This document shows, piece after piece, positions 35,948 to 45,622 of a DNA stretch of 59,104 nucleotides. Source of the DNA: a virus (lineage: Duplodnaviria; Caudoviricetes). Within the stretch, counting starts at the first letter, position 1; the number at the start of each line of letters is the position of its first letter. Both the position numbers and the translations under genes were made by a program. The notes under the pieces were generated by a model, which did no database searches, was not told where the DNA came from, and saw only the letters and a list, made by a program, of their open reading frames with translations. The stretch is from IMG/VR virus record IMGVR_UViG_3300050016_000060, positions 1 through 59,104 of that record, one strand, 5' to 3'.

Positions 35948-36268
35948 CTACTGCAACTGAGCCGCCACATCCACCATTTCGCCGTACTCCGTAAGCTGCC
36001 GTTTCGCCTCATCCGTCGCAAGGCAGTCGGGACAAGTAACCGCGCGAGGATCATCCGAGTTCACGCACATCATATGCTCGCCATTCCGTATCTGCGTCCC
36101 CACCGTGTTCTGCTGCCTATTGCAAGCGATGTAGCCTTTCGTGCCGCCGATGTTTGCCAACTGCCCTTCACCTTTCGGCGTCACAATCGGCCCGCTCGCA
36201 TCACGCACGAAGTAGTGAATGCACACCCGCCCCGTGCCGTCTTTCAAAAGCCGCATGTTCAAAATCAT
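35948..36268 (-). CDS. Zn-binding hypothetical protein (paralogue of next gene)
   Basis: IHY...IAC...VTCPDCLATDE. Confidence 0.65.
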   Translation of the reverse strand: MILNMRLLKDGTGRVCIHYFVRDASGPIVTPKGEGQLANIGGTKGYIACNRQQNTVGTQIRNGEHMMCVNSDDPRAVTCPDCLATDEAKRQLTEYGEMVDVAAQLQ

Positions 36269-36516
36269 CCCGTCACCTTCCGTATCCGGCCAAATGCCGC
36301 AAGCTGTTCATCGGCCCGCTTGAACTCATCCGTTGCATGGCACAAAGGGCAATTCACCACGTCGATTTCCGTTGTCCGATGCAACGGGAACGGCCTTTCC
36401 CTAGTAGCATGAAAATCCACGACGTTCGGCGAACATGCAACCTTCTTTTCTTGCGTCCAGTAGTGGATCAAGATGATTTCCCTACCATCTTCCAAGATCA
36501 TCGTCTGATGGTCCAT
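36265..36516 (-). CDS. Zn-binding hypothetical protein
   Basis: IHY...VAC...VNCPLCHATDE. Confidence 0.65.
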   Translation of the reverse strand: MDHQTMILEDGREIILIHYWTQEKKVACSPNVVDFHATRERPFPLHRTTEIDVVNCPLCHATDEFKRADEQLAAFGRIRKVTG

Positions 36517-36522
36517 GTCGCC

Positions 36523-37095
36523 TCACTGAAACGCAAACAATGGCTGCATCCGTCGTGCATCATTGAAACGCAACTCGCACTTTAGACCCATCGCTACCTG
36601 TCCAGGTCCAGGGCTTGCGTAGAACCAATCTGGACCAACTGGCATCGGAGATTCCATTCCCCTGTATCGTGCCGGCTCGCAAAAGCCGTAGACCGTTGAT
36701 CCCGTTGTACACCAATCGGCGATGTACTGATTCGCCTGCGTCAGCACCGTCCATTGTGCCCCGCCCATGTGAAGCAAATTCTTCAACGCTTCCGCTCTGG
36801 CATTGAAGCCGCTACGCTGCGCCTGCGAACGCACCATTTGCAACGCTTCCATCTGACTACCAACCCGATCATCCGGTACGGTTATCCGCATCGAAAGCGT
36901 CACGCGATAGCTGAAATACTCCATGAGGCAATTATCGTTCGTGCTTCGTGACGGCCCCTCATGGATCGACACGAATACGTTTCCCGCTTTGCTCGCCGGA
37001 TGTCCATCTGGCATTATTTCGCAAGTCGCTTCTCCATAGTTCAACGGCGATGCACGAATCGTATCACGCACGGCGAACAAGAGAGCGTCAATCAT
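36523..37095 (-). CDS. Tail terminator / completion-like protein
   Basis: MIDALLFAVRDTIR start, 190 aa, position between head-tail and tube genes. Confidence 0.5.
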   Translation of the reverse strand: MIDALLFAVRDTIRASPLNYGEATCEIMPDGHPASKAGNVFVSIHEGPSRSTNDNCLMEYFSYRVTLSMRITVPDDRVGSQMEALQMVRSQAQRSGFNARAEALKNLLHMGGAQWTVLTQANQYIADWCTTGSTVYGFCEPARYRGMESPMPVGPDWFYASPGPGQVAMGLKCELRFNDARRMQPLFAFQ

Positions 37096-37298
37096 TTCCG
37101 CACCGCTTCTACGAACTCAATCGCATTCTCCGATAGATGCCCGTATCCGCTGGTTTCGAGCAACATCGTTTTGAATCGAATCCGGCAGTCGATGCACAAG
37201 TGAACGCTCACCGTCTGCCAAGTACACTCGCCAAGATGCACGGCCCCGCAATAGGTCAACTCAACATCTTCATCCCCGGAGCATTTCTTGCAACGCAT
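37092..37298 (-). CDS. Small Cys-rich protein
   Basis: MRCKKC...LCIDC. Confidence 0.5.
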   Translation of the reverse strand: MRCKKCSGDEDVELTYCGAVHLGECTWQTVSVHLCIDCRIRFKTMLLETSGYGHLSENAIEFVEAVRK

Positions 37299-37605
37299 GT
37301 TCGTTCCCTTGCTTCGTGACAAACTCATCAAGCAAGATCGCGGCCCTTTGCACTGGCACGCCAAGCACTCCCGTTATTTGCGTGAACAACTGAAACGCTT
37401 GCCCTGCCGAACACGGATCGACCTTCAACGGCTTATTCGCAAAGCAACTCACCGATTCGGGAATGAGCGATTCCAAAAACTTCGCCCGCAATTCTGCCGC
37501 AATCGGTTCGGGATAACTCTTCCCCAACCGCTCAAAAAGAATCCAGACTTCACGCCTGTTATCTTTTGCGTCCCAGCTTCCAAACTGTCCCGTCTCGTAT
37601 CTCAT
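37270..37605 (-). CDS. Hypothetical protein
   Basis: ATGA overlap at 37602-37605; 111 aa. Confidence 0.55.
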   Translation of the reverse strand: MRYETGQFGSWDAKDNRREVWILFERLGKSYPEPIAAELRAKFLESLIPESVSCFANKPLKVDPCSAGQAFQLFTQITGVLGVPVQRAAILLDEFVTKQGNEHALQEMLRG

Positions 37606-38182
37606 GCTGGCAAATTCGCTCTCTGGCGATTCAGCGCCCATTGCTTAGCCGCGTGTTGTGATTCGCTCTCCGTGTATCCAGCGGCCTTGCACAAAGACAA
37701 ATAATTCTCCGTGTTCAAGTCCCGCGTCTCTGGCCGGTGAAGCATCTCCCACGCCATTGCCATGTTCAATCCGTCCTCCATGAGCATCTCGGCGAACGCC
37801 CCCCCACGGTCAGCTAACTCTTTCATTGCGAGAATCGGACTTCCGTATTCGCGGGAGAGTCGTGCATAACGGGCGATTTCAGGACGAAAAAATTTCGCAG
37901 CTTCTCGACCTCCTGCGCGAGCATGTCGATGAACACATTCGCTTCGTGCATCGTCACGTCCTCGCAACGGAGCATCTCGCAAACGAACTGCCTCTTGGCC
38001 GCGTTGTGGTCAAGCAACTTGTCCGCTGGAATCTTCTTGTCGGCGTCCGCGAAGCTGTTGGACAGCACGAACCATTGATCCCATGCCGCCGACACGTCCA
38101 CCATCTGCGGCTCGCCTTCACCAATGGCGAACTTCTTGGTTCCGGCGCGGCTGATCTTGAGAATCCCGTTTCCTTCGCTCAT
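37602..38182 (-). CDS. Tail assembly chaperone-like pair (37823-38182 plus -1 frame extension to 37602)
   Basis: Slippery A-AAT-TTT-TTC at 37886-37895 near end of first ORF; open -1 frame. Confidence 0.5.
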
Positions 38183-38186
38183 GTTT

Positions 38187-38942
38187 TCACCTAATGGTTT
38201 TCAGTCGGTCCAAAAGAATATCCACCAAACCCATGCGACCCTGTTCCACCACGGCTGACCACCACGAAGCCGGCCAGTTATTGGGATTCGGCCAAAGACG
38301 CCTCTGGGGGAGTTTCCCAGGAATCCCCGTATGGTTCGCTGCCGCCCCTTTTCGATTCGTGCCTACGATTACTTCCCCAGGTCCAACGTCGAATATCTGA
38401 TTCGGCGGCGTCGGCGGCGGATTCGGCGGTTGCTCTTGCGTCAGAATCAATCCAGGCGAAAGACTGTTGAGCAACAATCCCTTATCGCGGAGAATCTGAA
38501 CCGGCGTATCTCCGTACTCTCCGATAAGCGTTTTGGCCCCTTCCGATTTCAGGATGATCCACGCCCCCGCTGGCCCAACCGTTGCACACAAAGCCCACCA
38601 TCGTTTCCGCTGCTTGTCCGTCAGCATCCAGCTAGGAGCAAACGCCGCTCGATTCGGACTTCCCTTCACGTTCAACGGCACGCCTGGATGCTTCCGCGAA
38701 TACGCTATCGTACTTCGTTTCAACGGAGGCCATGAATCGCCAGCCTCATCCGTCCCACCCGCTGCCTTTTGCACAAACGCCGTTTTGATAAGCGAAAGAG
38801 CCGTCAGCCCCATCCGCACCATCAACGCATTCGACGCCTCGCTTGATCCATTCCCCGCTGCCAATGCCGCCGCTTCTCTCACCACTTGCAGCACTTTAGC
38901 CTTGGCGTTCTTGCCGCGAACGTAAATGACCGATTCAGCCAT
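38187..38942 (-). CDS. Virion morphogenesis protein (Mu gpG / tail completion S-like)
   Basis: WPPLKRSTI, ILRDKGLLLNSL, VGTN..AA.NH.G...LPQR. Confidence 0.75.
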   Translation of the reverse strand: MAESVIYVRGKNAKAKVLQVVREAAALAAGNGSSEASNALMVRMGLTALSLIKTAFVQKAAGGTDEAGDSWPPLKRSTIAYSRKHPGVPLNVKGSPNRAAFAPSWMLTDKQRKRWWALCATVGPAGAWIILKSEGAKTLIGEYGDTPVQILRDKGLLLNSLSPGLILTQEQPPNPPPTPPNQIFDVGPGEVIVGTNRKGAAANHTGIPGKLPQRRLWPNPNNWPASWWSAVVEQGRMGLVDILLDRLKTIR

Positions 38943-38945
38943 ACG

Positions 38946-39434
38946 TCACCGTAGACCGAGCAGCTTGTACGTAATCGTTACACGGCAAGCCGGCGAAGTT
39001 CCCCCGCTAAACGTCGTCTTGCCAATGAACCGAATCCGACCACCGAGCGGAATCTGCGTTGCCCCGCTGCTTGACGGAAGCGAGCTAGTCGATGCCCGCG
39101 ATTGCTCGACCGCCGTAGCGCCAGCCGTTCCACCGGAAAGCACAAAAACATCCGATGCGCCCGTGATGCCTGATCGACACCATGCCACGTCAACCCAATT
39201 CCCATCGGCGTTCAGGTCCGTCTGCATCACGACGTAGGCAGTCATTCCTGACGGCGAACCCGTCACCGTGAACGTGACAACCGCCATCGCCGCTTGACCA
39301 TAAAGCACGGGAACCGGATCGGGACCGCTGGCGTTGAATAGATCGACTTCCGATCCGGTCAACGCTTTGGCCGTGCAATAGGGCAAACCGTCATCGTTAG
39401 CCGTTGGCGTGATGTTCGCGTAAGTTCCTGACAT
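38946..39434 (-). CDS. Virion structural protein (beta-sandwich)
   Basis: V.MQT.L...GNWVDVA motif; GGAGG RBS. Confidence 0.55.
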   Translation of the reverse strand: MSGTYANITPTANDDGLPYCTAKALTGSEVDLFNASGPDPVPVLYGQAAMAVVTFTVTGSPSGMTAYVVMQTDLNADGNWVDVAWCRSGITGASDVFVLSGGTAGATAVEQSRASTSSLPSSSGATQIPLGGRIRFIGKTTFSGGTSPACRVTITYKLLGLR

Positions 39435-39484
39435 TCGTCACCTCCCTGGCCTTTACTTGATGCCAGCAAAGGCACGTTCATGAC

Positions 39485-40159
39485 TTACGCGGCCTCGAAT
39501 TGAGCGTTGATGTTCGTCACCACCGAGCCTTGCGGATTCGCCAGCACGATCACGAAACTGTTGCCTGGCGTGTTCACGATGCCGCCGGTGGGAAGCGTGA
39601 TGTCCCACAACTGGCCGGAACTGCCCACGGTCGGCAAGTTGAACTGCCAAAGAACGGTTCCTGTGCCGTCCTTGATCTGCACATGCGGCAGCGTCAAGAA
39701 AGAAGGCGTCGAACTGGCGTCGAGCTTGAGAGACTTCAGCACCCATGCCCGATTCGCTTGAGCGGCCTGCGTGAGCGTGTTGACGGCCCCCGTCGCCGTA
39801 TGCGTCGGAAACAGCGTCGTGGAGGCCAGGAACGCATCCTGGTAGCTCTGGTCGATGCTCGTTGCGATGATGACCGTCACCGAACCGCTGGTGTAGGCGG
39901 AGAGCCGTGCCCGTACCTGAGCGAGATTCGTCACCGGAGCAAACCAGTTGCCCGTGGCCGTGGTCGAACTGACCGCCGTGCCGCTGGCAAATGGCGTCAG
40001 CGACAACGGAAACCATGTCAGGCCGTCATTGCTGCCTTCAAACTGGACCGTGCCGACGAAGGTGTTGCTCACCCCGAAACCAACGAAGGATTGGCCCGTG
40101 CAAACGACGGGGAGCGTTTGGCCGGCAACGGTCATCACGAATCTTGAGGTACTTGCCAT
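39485..40159 (-). CDS. Virion structural protein
   Basis: GTVQFEGSNDGLTWF...VRAR...YTSG. Confidence 0.55.
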   Translation of the reverse strand: MASTSRFVMTVAGQTLPVVCTGQSFVGFGVSNTFVGTVQFEGSNDGLTWFPLSLTPFASGTAVSSTTATGNWFAPVTNLAQVRARLSAYTSGSVTVIIATSIDQSYQDAFLASTTLFPTHTATGAVNTLTQAAQANRAWVLKSLKLDASSTPSFLTLPHVQIKDGTGTVLWQFNLPTVGSSGQLWDITLPTGGIVNTPGNSFVIVLANPQGSVVTNINAQFEAA

Positions 40160-40171
40160 GAGTCTTTTCCT

Positions 40172-40930
40172 TTAAGGTTCAAGCAGCCAATAGCTGCTCC
40201 AATCTATCGCCTGGCTATATTGACAACCAGTTGGCTCTGAGATTTGCGTCTCAACGCGAATCTTCCGCACGGTATAGCCAAGGTCCAGGGTCACGTTCGA
40301 GAGGAACGGCCATCCGCTCGTCCTCGTCCCGATGTTCCCGATGTTGTAGTTGCCGCTCCGCACGCCCTTCAACCATTCAACTGTCTCTTCGTAATCGCTT
40401 TCGATACCCACCGGAGCCGCTTGCGTCCGTCGCTTGGCAATCCACCGAGCCGCTATCGTCGATGCCCACCGATTCACGCTCTGCGAAGTCGCCAGAACGC
40501 TCGCATCGTACCGATTGCAACAGTAGTCCATCACCTGCGATGTTGCATACTGGCAAGCCTTTGCCAGCAATCCGCCAAGCCAAACATTCACCCCGTTATC
40601 GTAAGCAATCGCCCCCGTGGAAATTGCTGCCGAGGTAGCGTTGACGGTCAACGCCTGATCCCCGATCTTCGCAACCGCCGAAAGCGTCACCGTGATCGGC
40701 CCGGGCATTGCCGCAAACGAGAAAGCCAACTGCGATCCTTTGAGCAATCCTTGCACCAGCGGCGGAATCGCTATCGTTGTCGCTCCGCTCGCCACGTCCG
40801 CATCGACGATTATCTGTTGACCGCTCGCCTGATTCGTGTCGTCCAGCCGCAACTGCGCCCCGTCTACGCCGATGTAGTCGAATACATCGTTAGGGGTGCA
40901 GAACAGCGGACTGATCGCGGCGGGAGCCAT
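40172..40930 (-). CDS. Head-tail adaptor (Mu gp36/DUF1320-like) with inserted beta domain
   Basis: FCTPNDV start; A.S.V..Y...RY...YEE.VEWL..V..G; follows capsid gene. Confidence 0.7.
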   Translation of the reverse strand: MAPAAISPLFCTPNDVFDYIGVDGAQLRLDDTNQASGQQIIVDADVASGATTIAIPPLVQGLLKGSQLAFSFAAMPGPITVTLSAVAKIGDQALTVNATSAAISTGAIAYDNGVNVWLGGLLAKACQYATSQVMDYCCNRYDASVLATSQSVNRWASTIAARWIAKRRTQAAPVGIESDYEETVEWLKGVRSGNYNIGNIGTRTSGWPFLSNVTLDLGYTVRKIRVETQISEPTGCQYSQAIDWSSYWLLEP

Positions 40931-40946
40931 GTCATCTCATTCTCCG

Positions 40947-42152
40947 TTAAAACACGACCGTGGCCGGGGCGAACACCAGCGGATTGTAAAGGCACGGAAT
41001 CATGTTTCCGAGCGACAAGAGATCAATCGCACTCGGCTGCGTGACGTATTCGCTCCACGAATAGTACCCGCGACGAATGACTGCCGGCATCCCAGGATTC
41101 TCGACCACCGGCTCGCCGCCGAGGTACATCTTCGCGTTTTCGGGACTGGCCGAAGTCGTGAAGATAGCCATGTTGTCGGGGATGAGCTTCTGCGCCGTGC
41201 CCGTGGAATAGCTGTAACTGATGTCCACCGAGTTGCCTTGGCTGATGATGTCATCGTCGATATGCCAAGTGATCGTCGGATCGGCAGCCAGCACCGCCAT
41301 GTACTTGCCGGTGGGCACGCCGTCCATGCCGCGCTCTTCCGTCCACTTGTATTCGGCGAAAGGCGTCTGCGAAGAACCAGCGGCATTGCGAAGGCCGGTG
41401 TTCGTAATCAAGTTCGGCCACATGAGCGAATTGATCCACACATCCGTCAACGGCCATCCGTGAAGCTGTGCGAAAGCGGCCTTGATGCTCGCCACGTTCT
41501 GCAAGATCGGCGCTCCGACGTTGCCCCACGACACCGTAATGATGTCGCCAAGGCCAAGCATGTTAAGCTTGTTTTTGTTGCCAGCTGGAATCTGGAAGTT
41601 CACCTGCAAGCCGATCTGCGGAAATACCGGAGCCGTGAACGAAGGCGTCCAGTTGTCGCCCTGCATGATGAGCCAGAGCGAATCCCGCATCATCGCTGCG
41701 CTGAGCATTTCGGCCATCATCGCCATGCGACGAGCCAGGAACATGCTCTGCTGCTTGATGTAGCTCTGCCCGATGGCGTCGATGTTGCTGTTCGGCCCGA
41801 TCATCGGCGACAGGTTGCCGAGCATTTCGTAGTTGAGGGGAATCTTTTCCCAGAAGCGGGCGCAGGAAATTTGCACCTGACCCATCGGATTTTCGGCAAT
41901 CGTGCCAGGGCCGGTCCCAGGGGCACGGCCAGACGCCACGGAACGAACCGCGTTGAAGATGCGATACGTCACGTTACGAAGATCGCCGCTGATCGTCGCC
42001 GGCCCGCTCAAGGCGACCGAGTTCGGATCGAATCTGTTCGGCTGGAAACCGAGCCACTTGCCGATTGCACCTTGACCCGGACGAACGCGGGAAATCAGGT
42101 CCAACACAAACTGCGGCTGAAGTAACTCGCTTAGGGTCACGGTAGTTGCCAT
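40947..42152 (-). CDS. Major capsid protein (lambda gpE-like)
   Basis: 401 aa after decoration gene; VNFQIPAGNK, W......IL, IPD, terminal P.LY.P....ATV. Confidence 0.8.
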   Translation of the reverse strand: MATTVTLSELLQPQFVLDLISRVRPGQGAIGKWLGFQPNRFDPNSVALSGPATISGDLRNVTYRIFNAVRSVASGRAPGTGPGTIAENPMGQVQISCARFWEKIPLNYEMLGNLSPMIGPNSNIDAIGQSYIKQQSMFLARRMAMMAEMLSAAMMRDSLWLIMQGDNWTPSFTAPVFPQIGLQVNFQIPAGNKNKLNMLGLGDIITVSWGNVGAPILQNVASIKAAFAQLHGWPLTDVWINSLMWPNLITNTGLRNAAGSSQTPFAEYKWTEERGMDGVPTGKYMAVLAADPTITWHIDDDIISQGNSVDISYSYSTGTAQKLIPDNMAIFTTSASPENAKMYLGGEPVVENPGMPAVIRRGYYSWSEYVTQPSAIDLLSLGNMIPCLYNPLVFAPATVVF

Positions 42153-42200
42153 AGGTAAACGTCCTTATCAGGGAAACTTTGCTTTCTCTGTTCCGCGTTG

Positions 42201-42998
42201 TTACGCCACGGTGATCGCATTCGAGCCGGCGCTGGTGTTCTGAGCAATCCACAACGTACCGGCAGCATTCGAGTACAACGTCACCCCGCCACCGATCAAC
42301 TGCGAGCCAGTCGAGAACGCCAGCGAACTTGCCCCCGCGTTGTTGAGCGCGACGATGTTCGTGCCTTCGGCGGATACGATGCTCATGTTCTGGTTGGCGA
42401 TGACGCGGATGCCGTAGATCAACCCGTTCTGAATCGCCGGCAGCGTGATCGCCACCGCGCCGATAGCGCCGGTGTTGTCGAAAATGCTGTTGTTGTCGGA
42501 GAGCAACGCCGTATAGTTCGCGGTCTTGCTCTGCGGAAAAGGCGTGTTCGTGCCGTTCGCACCCGTGATGCCGTCGTCGAAGATGAACCGCAACGCCATT
42601 TGGTCGCGTGCGTTCTGGTCAAGGCCGAGAAGGTTCGTGCCCTGCACACGCCCGCCGACGAGGATCGCGTAGTATTTCGTCGTGTTGACGCCCGTCAGCA
42701 CGTCCTGCATACGCATCCCGTAAGCCAGGACGCCACGCGCGACCTGCGAGCCATCGGTAGCGGTCGCGGAGTAGTTCGTCCACTGGCCCGACGCCGTGAT
42801 GACACCGAGGACCAAGCCGGGCCGCAATCGCCACGTCGGGCTATTGCCGGGATCGGCAGCGGTAGACGCGATGTAGCCGTTCCACCAGACGAGTTGCCAT
42901 TGCGGACCCCACTGCGTTGCCGCATCGTAGGTCTCAATGATCTGCGTCATGCCGGGAAGGTTGCCGAACTGACTGGAAATCATGCCCATGTTTGACAC
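42201..42998 (-). CDS. Head decoration protein with C-terminal extension
   Basis: LRPGLVLGVITASGQW..Y.....DGSQVARGVL (gpD-like) plus KTANYT...ITLP module. Confidence 0.75.
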   Translation of the reverse strand: MSNMGMISSQFGNLPGMTQIIETYDAATQWGPQWQLVWWNGYIASTAADPGNSPTWRLRPGLVLGVITASGQWTNYSATATDGSQVARGVLAYGMRMQDVLTGVNTTKYYAILVGGRVQGTNLLGLDQNARDQMALRFIFDDGITGANGTNTPFPQSKTANYTALLSDNNSIFDNTGAIGAVAITLPAIQNGLIYGIRVIANQNMSIVSAEGTNIVALNNAGASSLAFSTGSQLIGGGVTLYSNAAGTLWIAQNTSAGSNAITVA

Positions 42999-43013
42999 CC
43001 ATGCAAAAAGAGA

Positions 43014-43146
43014 GGGACGGCAAACGCGATTTTCTCACGTTAAGCCGCCCCTTGCATGGCGTCTGAGGTGCAAGCCTATCTCCCGTTGCAACAGGAGTTC
43101 GGCCAATCACGAAACGGCTCACGGAAGAAACCGCGTTTGCCGTCCC
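43014..43146 (-). other. Structured intergenic element between scaffold and decoration genes
   Basis: Perfect 15-bp IR 43014-43028/43132-43146 enclosing further stems. Confidence 0.6.
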
Positions 43147-43159
43147 AACTTCGTTGATC

Positions 43160-44635
43160 TTACTTCGCCGCAGCAACCGCTTGATGCGGAATGCCGCCCG
43201 TGTTTCCGAGAACCGTTTTCATGATCTCTTCCCGACGTTCCGCTGTCATCGTCCCATCGGACGGAGGACTCTGCACGCTGAACGCACCCGATGACTCTCG
43301 CAAGAGCGCCGGCAAGTCAGCCGCCTTTTCCAGCACGCGGAGAGCCGTTTCCATCGGGTCGATGATCTGCCCTTCCAAGCCAAGCGACATTTGCACGCCA
43401 GGCAAAGAGAACTCGGCAGCAACCGCCGACCGCTGATCGTGCGGAACCTTACTCTTGAGCAAGCGGTCGATACGCGCCTGCCGATGCTTCTTGGCCGCTT
43501 CCAGCCGTTCGGCGTCGGCCCCCTTGCGTTTGTTTCGTTCGGCGTCAAGCTCGTTTTGCATCGAGAGCATGGCCGATTTCAGGATCGGGTCTTCAACCCG
43601 TTTGATACGGTCTGCCAGTGACATTTGCATCGCAGGACTCTCCTCAACGATTGGATTCATCGGCTCTTTTGCAGCCGTGTCAACGTCCGTTTCCATGTCG
43701 ATTGATTCTTCCGGCTCCTTCGCCATTTCCTTCACGCCCCGCATCAGCGATTCGTAAAGGTTGCGCACGAAGGACTTGCCAGGATGCGGCGGCACGGGAA
43801 TGCCCATGCAGTCGAGCAGATGAAAGATGACTTCCTCAAGGTGCGAATCGCCGTCTTGATCGTCCAAGGCTTCCGGCACGCCCATGCCGGTCTCTTCTTC
43901 CGTGCCTTCCTTCTTCGGCGGTTCGCTGCCTTCGGCTTCATAGTCGCCTGGGATTTCGTCGTTCTCTTCCATGTCCTCCATTTCCTCTTCGCTGAACTTC
44001 ACGCCAGCGAACAGGCTGAAAGCGATGGGAGCGACCGGCTTGTACTTCTTGCCGACCTTCTTCAACAGGCCGGCGCGGGAAAGAGCAAACCCCTCTTGCG
44101 TGACCGTGGCCACGTCCAGCGGCTTCGCTTTCGGAGCAAGGGAGAGAGCGGCATTGGCCTCGATGAAAGGTTGCTGGCGAGCGATACGCGGGCGAGTGGT
44201 CAGAGCGACATGAGAGATAACGCCGTTCCACTTGCGACCTTCCCCGTCCGTGAAGCTGTTGACCCACGGCGATGCCCAGCGAATCGACCCTTGCTTGATC
44301 CCTTCGGCGGCTTCCGGCTTCGTGATGTTTAGGATGCCGAACAGCGCCGGAATGTCCTTCGCGTTCTCGTCCTTCACCATTCCCTTTTCGTATCGCTTGA
44401 CCTCGCCAGCATTGTGAAGCACCGTGTTCGCGGCCTTCTCTTCCGGCGTCATCGCGGTCGCGGTCGGCTGATGTTCCAGAGGAACGGGAATCGAGATGCC
44501 GTGACTCAGCATCTTCACGCCGTCATCGTGGTAATGGTCGATGGTTGCAGGCGTCACGTCGAGAACTTGCGGCTTGCCCTTATCGTCGATGTAGACGTGC
44601 TTGCCAGCGCGAATGATTTCTTTGCGGACTTCCAT
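43160..44635 (-). CDS. Mu-like prohead protease / scaffold protein
   Basis: VPLEH, WASP, ISHVALTTRP; acidic helical C-terminal half. Confidence 0.75.
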   Translation of the reverse strand: MEVRKEIIRAGKHVYIDDKGKPQVLDVTPATIDHYHDDGVKMLSHGISIPVPLEHQPTATAMTPEEKAANTVLHNAGEVKRYEKGMVKDENAKDIPALFGILNITKPEAAEGIKQGSIRWASPWVNSFTDGEGRKWNGVISHVALTTRPRIARQQPFIEANAALSLAPKAKPLDVATVTQEGFALSRAGLLKKVGKKYKPVAPIAFSLFAGVKFSEEEMEDMEENDEIPGDYEAEGSEPPKKEGTEEETGMGVPEALDDQDGDSHLEEVIFHLLDCMGIPVPPHPGKSFVRNLYESLMRGVKEMAKEPEESIDMETDVDTAAKEPMNPIVEESPAMQMSLADRIKRVEDPILKSAMLSMQNELDAERNKRKGADAERLEAAKKHRQARIDRLLKSKVPHDQRSAVAAEFSLPGVQMSLGLEGQIIDPMETALRVLEKAADLPALLRESSGAFSVQSPPSDGTMTAERREEIMKTVLGNTGGIPHQAVAAAK

Positions 44636-44817
44636 ACGGAGTATCCTTGTGCTGGTTTCCACCGCGTTTTTCAACGTGGCGAGATAACCTATGAGATTGT
44701 TCTACCGAAACATGGGGGGAGTAGTTCAAGCCCAATCGGCAAGAATTTTCCAGATTTCTCGAAATAATTCCGGTAGACATATTCAGCATGTCGTCGATCA
44801 ACTCCATGTCGGGAGGA

Positions 44818-45110
44818 AGATCGGGGCGCATTGACCCCGCCGCGAATTTTATCGCAGCGTAAGTCAATGCGTTTCCGTGTCGTAAAGGTGAGTCGGTAAC
44901 GCTTGCCGAAGTCTGGTTTTTTATGGATGTTGCTTCAGTTCCTCCGTCACATCCTATCGGTGAATGGGCCGTCTTTAGCCTCGCCTCATTGCACCGGCTC
45001 GCCTACGAGCGTTGCAGCAAACAGTATAGATCGAATCTTTGGGCCTAGACCACGGCTGACGGCCCTTGCCGCTTTTTCGATGATTGCGGCTGCGTCCATC
45101 CTGGGACTAT
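44818..45110 (-). ncRNA. Candidate structured non-coding RNA, copy 2
   Basis: Homologous to 3887-4155; intergenic, upstream of protease/scaffold gene. Confidence 0.65.
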
Positions 45111-45300
45111 TTCGGCTTGATTGGGATGACGAGAAATGATAAGCTATTTCCGTCATGACTAATTGCAGTCCCCGTCCTGATTCTAGTCAGGCGGGGACAT
45201 TTCATTTCCAGACTATCGCAAACCTCCCTACCCCTTGTCAAGAGAAAAACCCGCCGCATGTTTCTGTCCATGCGACGGGCCGCGACGATGGGAGAACGTC

Positions 45301-45609
45301 CTACGATTCGCTGCGTTCGATCTTGATTTGATCGACTGGCCCACCTTCGATGCGGAAGTCCCATTCGTAAGCCCCGGTATAATCGCGTGTATTCGGCAGG
45401 CAGAGAATCATTCCTGATTTGATGTTCTCAGCGATCTGCCTTCCAATGTCGCGGCAACGCTCTGCCGCAGGAATGCGAAGAACGCCAATGCCCTTGATCG
45501 CTTCCGCTTTCAACGGCTCATCAGCCTTCGTGTCCGCCATGCTTGCCGGCGCTAAAATCGCCAACCCGATGCCAGAGCCGAATTGCTTAATCGCTTGTCG
45601 CCTGTCCAT
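45301..45609 (-). CDS. Protein with twin-arginine-like signal peptide
   Basis: MDRRQAIKQFGSGIGLAILAPASMA; AGGAG RBS. Confidence 0.65.
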   Translation of the reverse strand: MDRRQAIKQFGSGIGLAILAPASMADTKADEPLKAEAIKGIGVLRIPAAERCRDIGRQIAENIKSGMILCLPNTRDYTGAYEWDFRIEGGPVDQIKIERSES

Positions 45610-45622
45610 TGTCGTTCTCCTG

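Noticed and set aside
40896-42125. 409-aa + strand ORF
   Set aside because: Antisense shadow of the major capsid gene
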